Virus record (IMG/VR): IMGVR_UViG_3300025115_000003
Span: 1-64,000 of that record
DNA from: a virus
Strand: one strand, 5' to 3'
Length of the DNA: 64,000 nt
Under the pieces are notes generated by a model, which was not told where the DNA came from, did not search any database, and was given only the letters and a program-made list of their open reading frames with translations. Within the stretch, counting starts at the first letter, position 1; each line of letters starts with the position of its first letter. The translations under genes were made by a program, and so were the position numbers. Below, in pieces: positions 1 through 9,532 of this stretch.

Positions 1-1588
1 CCCCTGCTGTTGCAAGTTTGATGCCTATTCTGCCGCTTGTTGAAGTTGCAGCACGTGTATCAATCAGAGGTGTCCAATCATCTGTAACGGTAACCAACCG
101 ATCTGCGTTGTTTACATCAATGATATTGACATTGCCGGTGCCTGTTACTCGTTTAGCGTATATGAGGTTTGTGTACGTTGTACCGTTTACTACTGTTGTG
201 GGTGTTGTAAGGCTGATAGTACCATTATTGGCTGTTGCAGTGAGTTTGTAGGCGTTTAGACCTCCTGCTGGGTCGGCAAATCCAGTAACTTCTTTTAATG
301 AAACTTCATCAACTTCAATATAAGCACCTGCTAACGCAGTTGAATAAAAATTAATTGTTGTTGATGCGCCTATTACATACATATATCCCTCCCAAGATAT
401 CGCATTACCTTCGTTTACTGGAATTGTCTTATTATACCATATACTAGCATTCCCTGAATTGATGGCAGTATTTGACCTATATTTGAATGATACTTTATAT
501 AATTTTCCAATGACTAATGAAGCAATAACTCGCACAAATGCATTGTTTGTAACCGCAGTTCCTCTTTGAGCGTTTCCTGTAAATCCATTACCTGTTACAA
601 TACTTCCAGTAGTTGCATCTCCACCAGCTCCCATTATTACACCATCAGCGACACCATCACCATTTGTATCTACCCAATCTGTTTGACCAATACCCCCACA
701 ATTTGTTAACATTTCAGACTTAGCAGCAGTAGGATCACCCTCTGGATAAATATTTGATTTAACCCAGTTTAATGTAGTAAAATGAATAAACCTACTTACC
801 AAATTACTCGCCTGCGGATTCACTCTGATACCTTTAACTCCTGCAACGGTATCAATCACAGGCACGTTTGCTGCAACTGCTTCAAGTGTGTTTTCGTTGA
901 GTTGTACGGAGGCTGTGGCTCTGCTTACTGTAAAATTATCTACAATATTATCCTTATTAAAAAAGAATAATTTACCAGCTTTATAACCTAACTCTGTATT
1001 ACAAACAAGTGTAGCACCTGTATTATTAACAATATCCTCTGCTGCTTTAACATCATCAATATTTACATTAATAGATTCAGTAGTATTTAATATATCACGA
1101 TATTGATATGATTTAGAATACTTACTTGCAGCTAATTTAAGCGATGTTAAATCTCTATTAGTAGGAAATACATAAGCTTTATTATTAATGATAAGGGTTT
1201 TAACATTATTAGCAATAGCTGGATATGAAATATTATCAGTGGTTACAATTAACTCTGGTACACCATTTTTATACGTATAACGTGGCTCATTTGCTGCTGC
1301 TGGTCGCCAAGTGCCGTCAGGGTTTTGGGTGTAGGCTGTTGTACCTGCTCTTACTACTGATAGGTCACCATCTCCATTAGAAGGTACAGCACAATAAATT
1401 TTCCCTACTTTACTTCCAGAGGGAAACATGGCCAAAGTAGGCTTTATTCCTGCTTGACCCAATTCATTTAAATAACTCTCTAATTGATCAAGAACCTGAA
1501 CAGTTCCTGAATCTGCTATAACTCTATCCTTAAAAATAGGTACAAGAGAATTACTAAATACTTCGTTTGTATCTGATCTTACTATCAT
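1..1588 (-). CDS. Tail/head fibre-like protein, runs off the window start (not in ORF track)
   Basis: ATG at 1588 overlaps the TGA of the upstream gene (ATGA); hand translation stays open to position 2 (MIVRSDTNEVF...). Contains PSNGDGDLSVRAGTTAY...AAANEPR, a motif typical of Bacteroidota phage fibre proteins; T/G/N-rich. Confidence 0.7.
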   Translation of the reverse strand, partial: MIVRSDTNEVFSNSLVPIFKDRVIADSGTVQVLDQLESYLNELGQAGIKPTLAMFPSGSKVGKIYCAVPSNGDGDLSVVRAGTTAYTQNPDGTWRPAAANEPRYTYKNGVPELIVTTDNISYPAIANNVKTLIINNKAYVFPTNRDLTSLKLAASKYSKSYQYRDILNTTESINVNIDDVKAAEDIVNNTGATLVCNTELGYKAGKLFFFNKDNIVDNFTVSRATASVQLNENTLEAVAANVPVIDTVAGVKGIRVNPQASNLVSRFIHFTTLNWVKSNIYPEGDPTAAKSEMLTNCGGIGQTDWVDTNGDGVADGVIMGAGGDATTGSIVTGNGFTGNAQRGTAVTNNAFVRVIASLVIGKLYKVSFKYRSNTAINSGNASIWYNKTIPVNEGNAISWEGYMYVIGASTTINFYSTALAGAYIEVDEVSLKEVTGFADPAGGLNAYKLTATANNGTISLTTPTTVVNGTTYTNLIYAKRVTGTGNVNIIDVNNADRLVTVTDDWTPLIDTRAATSTSGRIGIKLATAG

Positions 1589-2655
1589 GCGTTCTTTATT
1601 AATCTTATTGGTAAACCTATAGTATTAAGTTCTCCACTATCACTTGTCCAGAAACCACTTAATTCTTTTTCTCCCACATATACTCCGTCTTCACGGATAA
1701 TCCCTATACCAAGCAAGGTTAACCCTGATTCGTTTGTTCCATTATCATCATTCCAATAATCTGTTCCACTATACTTCAAATCATTACCATCATTAGAAAC
1801 GGTAGTTAGTAAAGTATTAACCTCAGCTTCAGTTGGAATATGCCATCCAAAATTAGCCAAAGCCATATCTAAGGCTATTAATTGCATTGCATACTTATTA
1901 TAAATCTTACCTGCCCAGCTTCCGTTATCAATATCATCATCAGGGTATCTCCAAGCTGCTGCTGCTATCAACGCTGCATAGTTCTTTTGAGCAGTACTAC
2001 CTTCTGTAGCTGCATAAACTGTAGCATATGTTTCAGCAAGTGTAGCCCATGTAGCAGGAATATCAACTTCAATAATATCATTGCCTTGTGGAGTAGTTAC
2101 AATTTCTAAATTTCTACTTGACCAAACCTGTGTTCCAATTGTAACATTTTCAATTTCAGAATATATACTTTGTAAGAAAGCAAGTAGAGCATTTTGTTCA
2201 GCTGTAGTTAGACTTCTATTAAAAATTGCATAAAATCTAATATGACCATTAAATTCTAATTCATTTAATGTTACATCAGAAACTTCTTCTATTACTAAAC
2301 GATATTTACCTCCATCTTCATCGTCTGTATCAATAAACTTAACTATTGTATAAGTATCTTCTTCTGAAACAACTATATCTGTATATTCAAATATTCTTGT
2401 TTCTCCATTAAGATTAACTATAGAAGGAATAGAATTAGGAGCAAGTCCTCCTACTAATCGAGGTTGATCATTTTCTGTATCTTGAATAGCATTATTTTTA
2501 TTTAAGGATAATTTATCTTGATTATCTCTTGTTACAGATAAATCTACCCAATTACTAATATATTTATATAAACCACTTGTTCGTAAAACATAAGCAGTTT
2601 TAACATCTAAAAAAATAAGACTATTTTCAATTAATTCTTTTAATTCTTGATACAT
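1585..2655 (-). CDS. Virion protein with C-terminal Fibrobacter succinogenes major paralogous (FISUMP, C-type-lectin-like) domain
   Basis: VTIGTQVWSSRNL...GKIYN...GWHIPTEAE...GTNESGL...GFWTS...GLPIRLIK matches the family pattern. Start moved to 2655 because a small ORF ends at 2657. Confidence 0.7.
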   Translation of the reverse strand: MYQELKELIENSLIFLDVKTAYVLRTSGLYKYISNWVDLSVTRDNQDKLSLNKNNAIQDTENDQPRLVGGLAPNSIPSIVNLNGETRIFEYTDIVVSEEDTYTIVKFIDTDDEDGGKYRLVIEEVSDVTLNELEFNGHIRFYAIFNRSLTTAEQNALLAFLQSIYSEIENVTIGTQVWSSRNLEIVTTPQGNDIIEVDIPATWATLAETYATVYAATEGSTAQKNYAALIAAAAWRYPDDDIDNGSWAGKIYNKYAMQLIALDMALANFGWHIPTEAEVNTLLTTVSNDGNDLKYSGTDYWNDDNGTNESGLTLLGIGIIREDGVYVGEKELSGFWTSDSGELNTIGLPIRLIKNA

Positions 2656-2656
2656 C

Positions 2657-2815
2657 TTAGAAAGTATTATATATTTTACAAATAGCAGATTTACTATATA
2701 TAGTAGCATTTAAAGACTTAGCATAGGTTATATATAATTGACATAACTCTCTACTTTCTCTTACTGTAATAGAGTTATTAAATATATAAGAAGTTCCTAT
2801 TCCTATAGCTTTCAT
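2657..2815 (-). CDS. Small hypothetical protein, 52 aa (not in ORF track)
   Basis: MKAIGIGTSYIF...IYNTF* fills the gap between neighbours in the operon. Confidence 0.55.
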   Translation of the reverse strand: MKAIGIGTSYIFNNSITVRESRELCQLYITYAKSLNATIYSKSAICKIYNTF

Positions 2816-2821
2816 ACTATA

Positions 2822-3121
2822 TTAGTATTTAATAAAAGGACAACGAAGTAATTGAATATTTCCAGATGTAAGTTCTATTGCTGTTATAATCTGATCTTTA
2901 GCAAATAGAAAAGGAAATCCACCAGGAATACCATCTGGAAAAGTAGTATCATCTAAACCATAGTCTGATAAATCTACTTCTGTTCCATTTATATCTAAAG
3001 AAGTAATTACTATATTACTTAATGTTACAAAACCAAAATAACTTCCTGTAACTTCTCCAGACAATGCTCCAATACATACAAATCCGTTATCGGAACTAAC
3101 TCTATCTAATATATTACTCAT
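2822..3121 (-). CDS. Hypothetical virion-module protein
   Basis: 99-aa ORF, co-oriented and overlapping its neighbour. Confidence 0.7.
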   Translation of the reverse strand: MSNILDRVSSDNGFVCIGALSGEVTGSYFGFVTLSNIVITSLDINGTEVDLSDYGLDDTTFPDGIPGGFPFLFAKDQIITAIELTSGNIQLLRCPFIKY

Positions 3122-3353
3122 TGTTTTTATTATTAAGTTTTGAATATCCTTCTACAATCTTTTGAAATACTTTAGGCATAAAAGCTAATGTTCCTACAAT
3201 AAGCAATGCCCAAATATTATAACTATCTTTTATAGTTTGATATACACACATAAATCCAAATATAAACCAAGTCATAAAAGATAATAAACGCATCATAGAT
3301 AAATCTCCATGCTGATCTTTTAAAAAACCATCATAATAATTACTTGATGCCAT
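3114..3353 (-). CDS. Holin-like small membrane protein
   Basis: Two hydrophobic segments (LLSFMTWFIFGFMCVY; IWALLIVGTLAFMP) and a charged C-terminus in 79 aa. Confidence 0.5.
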   Translation of the reverse strand: MASSNYYDGFLKDQHGDLSMMRLLSFMTWFIFGFMCVYQTIKDSYNIWALLIVGTLAFMPKVFQKIVEGYSKLNNKNNE

Positions 3354-4540
3354 TATTGCTGAACTTGTTGTTGTTGTACACCACTATTAATTGCATACCA
3401 TTGCATTATATATTTAGCAGTTGTATCTACTAAAAATGGATGCATAGATACAGGTAAATCACTATCTATATCTTGTTCCCTATTTACATCAACAGGTTCT
3501 TTAATATAAGATAGTTTAATTCCTGATATATTAAATTTAAAATCGTGATAAACTTGTAATTTATTAGCAGCTATTGTAGCAATAGGACTACTTGATACAG
3601 AACCATAAGATTGTTCTAAGAAGTTTTCAACATCTTGATATTTAACAAGTCTATTGTTATTAAAAGCAATTTCATACAAAATTGTACCTCCTGCCCAAGT
3701 TATAGTAGCAGAACTTGTACAAGTAAATATCTTTCCTACTGTATTTAAAACACTACCTCCAATACCACTCAAATCAGTAGTTCCTGCTACAGATACAATA
3801 TATTTTTTACCTTTTGTTAAAGTACCTGTTGTAATAGGTTGCCCAGTTGTAATTAAACTCTGACTGGATAAATAAGCAAAATAACCACGATTAGTAATTG
3901 GAATCAATGATGTACTTCCTGCCCAAGTAGGCAAAAAAGTCAATCTTTCATATCTAACATTTACATCAACAGGTAATGTACCACCTGCTGTTGCAGTAAA
4001 TACAGTTCCTGGTAAATTATTAACTGCTCCATAACTAGCAGGAGTAGAACTTCCAGGTTCAATTACTTTATAGGTTTCACCAATTTTTACTGTTCCTCCA
4101 CTTGTTAAATCAGTAGGCAAACAAACAAATGTTTCACCTGCTACAGGAGCGGATTTATAACCTACCTCTGTTAAGTTTGTAGTACCTTCAACTACAACTT
4201 TATAAGTAATATCCTTATATAATATATCAGAAGTTACAGCAGTCATTGTAATAGGAGTAGGTAATACCCCAAATACATATTTATAACCCAAATTTTCATT
4301 GAGTGCTAATTCTGTATCTACTATATAAAATTGTAAAGTTTCATAATACTTCAAAATATCAGCATAAGTAACAATATTAAAAACAGTATTCTGTTCTTTC
4401 AAAATAGCTGCTCTAACTAATTCTTTAGTAGTAACACTAAGGAAATAATCTTTTTCCTCTTTTTGAAGTTTACCAAATATATTAGAATTAGCCCTTTGCA
4501 AAGCTAAATCTAAACCTATGTGCATTTGTGGTATATTCAT
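3353..4540 (-). CDS. crAss-like tail ring protein (gene 73-like) with a large internal repeat insertion
   Basis: N-terminus MNIPQMHIGLDLALQ...EEKDYFL and C-terminus LSYIKEP...SDLPVSMHPFLVDTTA resemble crAss ring proteins; position downstream of MCP cluster. Confidence 0.55.
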   Translation of the reverse strand: MNIPQMHIGLDLALQRANSNIFGKLQKEEKDYFLSVTTKELVRAAILKEQNTVFNIVTYADILKYYETLQFYIVDTELALNENLGYKYVFGVLPTPITMTAVTSDILYKDITYKVVVEGTTNLTEVGYKSAPVAGETFVCLPTDLTSGGTVKIGETYKVIEPGSSTPASYGAVNNLPGTVFTATAGGTLPVDVNVRYERLTFLPTWAGSTSLIPITNRGYFAYLSSQSLITTGQPITTGTLTKGKKYIVSVAGTTDLSGIGGSVLNTVGKIFTCTSSATITWAGGTILYEIAFNNNRLVKYQDVENFLEQSYGSVSSSPIATIAANKLQVYHDFKFNISGIKLSYIKEPVDVNREQDIDSDLPVSMHPFLVDTTAKYIMQWYAINSGVQQQQVQQ

Positions 4541-4554
4541 ATTTTAAGAATTAA

Positions 4555-4579
4555 GAGAAGGGGTTGTTAGCCCCTTCTC
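4555..4579 (-). terminator. Intergenic hairpin / intrinsic terminator
   Basis: GAGAAGGGGTT...AGCCCCTTCTC inverted repeat after the 4594 stop. Confidence 0.6.
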
Positions 4580-4593
4580 AAAATTAGATTTAA

Positions 4594-5571
4594 TTAAACA
4601 ATAATTGTTCCTAAGTTATCTAAAGCTGCAATTACACCACTTGCTCCTGACGGAACAGCAATAACCAGTTTAACTGGAGCTTTCTTTGATTGATTAGCAG
4701 CATCAGTATTCGGCACTTCACTTGTAAATACATAAGTAGTGTATGTAGTAGCAGCAACAATTTGATCAGAACCAGTCCAAAGCAAATCTTGATATTCCAT
4801 ATACTGTTGATTACCATCTCTACTTGCAGTCTTGCCATATTCTTCAAGAATTTGAGCAACTGTACCAATGCCTTTTACATTAGCAACAGCAGTAGTAGAA
4901 GCTGAATCATATGCTCCATTTACTTCCTTATTGTAAACAAGGTCAGCATCTTTCAATACCCCATCAATATGGAAAAGGGCAAAATCATTTCCAGCAGTAA
5001 TAGCAGTAAATTTAATACCAGTAGCATTAGTTGTATCATCTTCAACTACAGCATTTACTATTCTCAACGAATCAGCATTAACCAATGCAGCAAGTTTAAC
5101 AATAATATTTTTAGCTGTAAGTCCAGTAAGCAAATCACCAGATACTACTGTATATTCATATGTTGTCATACGACAAGTATCATAATGAGGTTTACTTAAA
5201 TCAACAATTCCAATTCCTACAACCTGTCCAACACTTAAAGAAGATGGAAGATTAAGAGAATAAGCATTTACATCATCACTACCTAAGTATTTAACTGCTG
5301 CTACAGGAGCAACATATACTTGTTTAGCATAAGTAGTCTTACCTTTAAACAAAGGAAAACTTCTTTTTGTAGCACCGGTAGAAAGTTTGGTATATAATTC
5401 TACAAAGGGAATACCATTTAAGTTGGATGCATTATGAGCAACAAGTGCTCCTACATTACTAAGAATAGCAATTGCTCCATCACTTAATGTATCTAAAGCC
5501 CAAGCACCAGCAATAGTGCTGCTACCATTATAAGCATAGGCAACATTTTTTCCTATAAAAAGATCATTCAT
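4594..5571 (-). CDS. Structural protein (crAss gene 74-like, probable auxiliary capsid protein)
   Basis: Synteny two genes downstream of MCP; A/T/V-rich 325 aa; followed by a hairpin. Confidence 0.5.
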   Translation of the reverse strand: MNDLFIGKNVAYAYNGSSTIAGAWALDTLSDGAIAILSNVGALVAHNASNLNGIPFVELYTKLSTGATKRSFPLFKGKTTYAKQVYVAPVAAVKYLGSDDVNAYSLNLPSSLSVGQVVGIGIVDLSKPHYDTCRMTTYEYTVVSGDLLTGLTAKNIIVKLAALVNADSLRIVNAVVEDDTTNATGIKFTAITAGNDFALFHIDGVLKDADLVYNKEVNGAYDSASTTAVANVKGIGTVAQILEEYGKTASRDGNQQYMEYQDLLWTGSDQIVAATTYTTYVFTSEVPNTDAANQSKKAPVKLVIAVPSGASGVIAALDNLGTIIV

Positions 5572-5583
5572 TGTAAGTTAATT

Positions 5584-6681
5584 TTAAGTTGTTGGTAAAC
5601 CTTTATATCTTGCAGTTAAGTCAGATATATGCTGTTTATTTTTCTCATTTGTGATATAAGCAACTGCTTCTTCAAGAGTATTTCCTAAAATCAAAGAAGC
5701 ATCTACTCCATCAACAATAATCTGAGTATTCTCCAATCTTCTCAAAATACCAACTGAAATAAGTTTTTCCAGTCTAGCAATTGTTTGAAGATTTTTATTA
5801 TTAGCTACAGAAATAAATCTTACAGGATTTTCAACACTGATTCTATTCAATTCAATATCTTTATCCCTCGAATCCATTCCTTTAATAACATTACCTAAAC
5901 CAAACACATATAGAATATTTTCTACAGCTTCAGGGGATTTAGTTACATCTAAGAAAGCAGTCATTCTATCTCTTTCGAGTTTAATTTCTCTATCCTTAGC
6001 AGCTTTCAATTCTTCTTCTGAGTGTAAATAAAATCTAATATTATTTGACTTATCTAATAACGAATACTCATTTGCTACATGAGAATATACTAAACAATAT
6101 CTATATAAGATATAGTCTGCAACATTCAGGGGAGTACCAAATTTATATTTCTGTTTTTCTAAAGTTTCAATCGAATCATATTTAGATTTGTAAGCAATAT
6201 TAATAGCTTTTTCAACCAAATCAGGACTTCCAAGCTTTTGAGCAGATTCTATATCACTTTTAAACTTAGTTACAATATCTGTGTATTGTGTTTTAAAGTA
6301 ATCAGATATATCTTGATTTGATTTAATTTTCTTACCTTCTCCTACACCTTTATTATAGGCATCAATGTAAGGAACTTTGTTAATGTTATCAATACCCCAT
6401 TCAAATCCTATTTCTAATGTTTTTCCTCCAACTGGAATATCTTCTGATAAACTATCCCAATAATGAGCTAATCTGGTATCCCATTCAGGACTTGTAGGAC
6501 TAAAGCCTAAAATTTCAGGCATCAATACCTTCATTTCATCTGAATTAGAAATTATCTTTTTAGAAGCAGATAGGCTTGAACCTATAGTTCTAACTGTTTC
6601 GACAAATACATCTTTATTTTGAATAGCGTATGCAGAATAAAGATTCTTCCAATAGAGAAAAACAATTTTACTTTCAATCAT
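5584..6681 (-). CDS. Conserved crAss gene 75-like protein
   Basis: Directly downstream of MCP; GTPLNVADYILYRYCLVYSHVAN...IRFY motif. Confidence 0.6.
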   Translation of the reverse strand: MIESKIVFLYWKNLYSAYAIQNKDVFVETVRTIGSSLSASKKIISNSDEMKVLMPEILGFSPTSPEWDTRLAHYWDSLSEDIPVGGKTLEIGFEWGIDNINKVPYIDAYNKGVGEGKKIKSNQDISDYFKTQYTDIVTKFKSDIESAQKLGSPDLVEKAINIAYKSKYDSIETLEKQKYKFGTPLNVADYILYRYCLVYSHVANEYSLLDKSNNIRFYLHSEEELKAAKDREIKLERDRMTAFLDVTKSPEAVENILYVFGLGNVIKGMDSRDKDIELNRISVENPVRFISVANNKNLQTIARLEKLISVGILRRLENTQIIVDGVDASLILGNTLEEAVAYITNEKNKQHISDLTARYKGLPTT

Positions 6682-6726
6682 TGTATTACATTATTAAGTT
6701 ATATTCTTTTATATGTTATGAAGTTA

Positions 6727-6744
6727 AGGGGAGTTTCCTCCCCT
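6727..6744 (-). terminator. Hairpin after major capsid gene
   Basis: AGGGGAG-TTTC-CTCCCCT; GAAA tetraloop on the minus strand. Confidence 0.65.
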
Positions 6745-6749
6745 ATATA

Positions 6750-8243
6750 TTAAGCAACAAATTTTAACCAATAAGAAGTCATATAATTGCTCATATTAAT
6801 ACCTTGAGAAACAATTACTTCATAAGATGCCTCATCAATTTTAGTTGAAATAAGTTTATCACTTGCAAGAGCACCCCAAGCACCCGGAAGAGGACTCATT
6901 CCTTTGTATATACCTGTAATAATCTCACGACCTTTTTCGGCAACAAGTTGAATATTCCTTTCGCCTCCGTTAGTTATAGAGAAATCTAACAGGAATAAAT
7001 CATAAGAACTATGAGGTAATCCTTGATACATATTACCATTAGCCCTATCCAATTCAGCATAAAGACCAACATCAAATAACCTTGAAGGTTTAAAAGTTAT
7101 AATATGACCATCAATAGTTTTATATTGATTAAAATATTTACCATAACTTAGGAAGCCATCTTTACCAGAAGTAATTTCTTCAATACCAAGCTTTTCATAA
7201 TAACTATTACCACGAGCAGCTTCTTTTACAGCATTGTTAAATTCTCTTGCAGCACCTTTACCACCAACAAGAACTAATTCCATAGGAGTATCATCTACCC
7301 TATTAGAATAAATCTTATTGATAATAGAATCAATCTTAGATAAAGTTAATTTACCATAAGTTTCAAACTGACCAGTAGTATAAAGAATATCTTTAATACC
7401 TGCTCCACGAGGCAAAGGTTCTCCTGTTTGTTCATCTTTATTAAAGATAACTCCATTAGCATCTCGGTTATAACGACTATTCCAAAGCTCTTCTTCAAGA
7501 AGAATCCTACGATCTATTTCAAATAATTTCATTTCAAATGGCATCCAAGCACTCATTGTACCTTTCTCACCACTTTCAGTTACTGTATCAAGTTCAATGT
7601 TAACTACTTTGTTAGCAATGTTACCTGCAATTTGTTTACCAAAACGATAAAGTCCAAATTGATTAGTCCATTTACCAGGTGACATACTATTAGAAGTAGT
7701 ACCATCCGATTTACTTGCAGCTATAAGAGGAGCACCCATTACCCATGCTTTTCCTCCATTGAAGTTATCAAGGGTAACATATGAAGAACTATTGCCAGTT
7801 AAAAGAATAAGCCTTACTCTAAATTTATTAGAAGCAAGTTGAGTAGGATTGCCTTGAATACGGCAAGTAAATTCTTTATCTGGTGAAGTAATTGTGTAAA
7901 ATCTCTTAAACCAATCATCTTCAAAATCTACTTCAAATACACTACCTCCAAGACCTGGCTTAGTATTACTGGCATTAGCAAGACCAACAACTTTAGATGT
8001 ATGTTTCATACGACCCATAACATTCCATACGTATTGGCTATCATTTACAAGTTTTGGAACAATAGAAGTAAACCCTTTTTGTCCTTCTGTTAAAGACATA
8101 AGAGTAAGCATATCTGAATCTTTACCGTAAAGGTAAGTAAGTCCGTTACTTAAAGTAACAGGGTCTATAAGTCTATTTTTGTATAATACATTCTGGTCTG
8201 TATATTCTTCAGAATTATATTGTACGGTTTTAATCTCACGCAT
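6750..8243 (-). CDS. Major capsid protein
   Basis: 497 aa; crAss MCP-like segments (LTYLYGKDSD, PLPRGAGI, GKYFNQYKTIDGHIIT, GIYKGMSPLP); canonical TerL-portal-gene77-MCP order. Confidence 0.85.
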   Translation of the reverse strand: MREIKTVQYNSEEYTDQNVLYKNRLIDPVTLSNGLTYLYGKDSDMLTLMSLTEGQKGFTSIVPKLVNDSQYVWNVMGRMKHTSKVVGLANASNTKPGLGGSVFEVDFEDDWFKRFYTITSPDKEFTCRIQGNPTQLASNKFRVRLILLTGNSSSYVTLDNFNGGKAWVMGAPLIAASKSDGTTSNSMSPGKWTNQFGLYRFGKQIAGNIANKVVNIELDTVTESGEKGTMSAWMPFEMKLFEIDRRILLEEELWNSRYNRDANGVIFNKDEQTGEPLPRGAGIKDILYTTGQFETYGKLTLSKIDSIINKIYSNRVDDTPMELVLVGGKGAAREFNNAVKEAARGNSYYEKLGIEEITSGKDGFLSYGKYFNQYKTIDGHIITFKPSRLFDVGLYAELDRANGNMYQGLPHSSYDLFLLDFSITNGGERNIQLVAEKGREIITGIYKGMSPLPGAWGALASDKLISTKIDEASYEVIVSQGINMSNYMTSYWLKFVA

Positions 8244-8260
8244 TGTTGTAATTAATTTAA

Positions 8261-9505
8261 TTAACTATTTCTATTTGTAGGAAGAATAATCCTAACATTC
8301 TCACTTTTGATAGGGTTCTTTCCTTGTTTATTCATTTTATCTGTTCTTAGTCTTTTAATCGCTGCTGTCTTATTTTGACTTATAGCCTCTTTTAAAAACT
8401 GTTCAGTATCGTATTTAACAAATCGTTTAAAAGCATCAAAAACATCAGCATGAACATCTCTTTTATTATTTTCTAATTGAAGATCATATTCATGTCGAGT
8501 CATTGTAAATGTCTGATTACCTACAGTAACTTTAACTGGTTCATATAAATACCTAAAGAAATCATCACGTGTACTATAAGTAACTTTTCCGTTATCATTT
8601 ATTTTAATCTTATCTGGAATATTATAAGTATCTGCACCAATTTTTAATTTACCTTTTTTAATTATGTCATATACACTATTCTCAACATTAGCAATTTGCA
8701 TATTACCTTTTTTATCCACACTTACTCCCCAATAATCAATAGCATCTTGAATCTGTTTAGCTTCAGCATCAGCCTCTGCTTTAATTCTATTTTGTTGTTC
8801 TTTTGTAAGTGATTCTTGTAAGTAGTTTAATTCTTCTTCTGCTTCGGTAAATATTGTTTTAGAATCCTTGAGATAATTATAATATTTATCAATCTTCTCT
8901 TTAGATTCACCTCTCTTAGTCCTTGCTGTATAAATAATATTTTTTAATTGTTCTTCATTCTCAGGGTCTAATTGAATACTATTGTAATCAGCTACTGGAA
9001 CAAAGTTTTCAATGTTTCCATTATTAGTATTAAGGTGATTAATAACATCTCTTAATACTGGATATGTAGAAAATAAAGTTTGTACATATCCAGATACTGC
9101 TTGTTGTGCGGCAATATTATATACATCATCTACATATTTTGCTATACCTTGTGGAGTATTTTCATACTCAATTGGATTACCTGATTCATCAACAGGAGAA
9201 ATATTAGTAAGTTTAAATACTTCCTCTAATGGCAAAGGCTCATTAGAATTATCTTCTAATTCTTTTAACTGATCTGCTGTAAATTTAATAACATTATTAT
9301 CATCTATAGCATTACCTTTATCATCTAAATTATAAACTACTCCATCTATATCAATCTGATTTAAATTACTATTATCAACAACTCCTTGATTTTGTTCATC
9401 TTGTTGATTATTATTTAATACAGCAGATTGATCATTAGGATCAACAGGCTTTAAACCTTCGCTCCCTTTTTGTGAATCTTCAACTTTAATTACTAAATCT
9501 TGCAT
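8261..9505 (-). CDS. crAss gene 77-like protein (probable scaffold)
   Basis: Acidic N/Q/D-rich N-terminus, between portal and MCP. Confidence 0.6.
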   Translation of the reverse strand: MQDLVIKVEDSQKGSEGLKPVDPNDQSAVLNNNQQDEQNQGVVDNSNLNQIDIDGVVYNLDDKGNAIDDNNVIKFTADQLKELEDNSNEPLPLEEVFKLTNISPVDESGNPIEYENTPQGIAKYVDDVYNIAAQQAVSGYVQTLFSTYPVLRDVINHLNTNNGNIENFVPVADYNSIQLDPENEEQLKNIIYTARTKRGESKEKIDKYYNYLKDSKTIFTEAEEELNYLQESLTKEQQNRIKAEADAEAKQIQDAIDYWGVSVDKKGNMQIANVENSVYDIIKKGKLKIGADTYNIPDKIKINDNGKVTYSTRDDFFRYLYEPVKVTVGNQTFTMTRHEYDLQLENNKRDVHADVFDAFKRFVKYDTEQFLKEAISQNKTAAIKRLRTDKMNKQGKNPIKSENVRIILPTNRNS

Positions 9506-9532
9506 TTTAATTTAATTTACATTATTAATTGT

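Noticed and set aside
1585-1800. Diversity-generating retroelement target in the FISUMP domain
   Set aside because: No reverse transcriptase or template repeat seen in the window, and the C-terminal variable region is very short.
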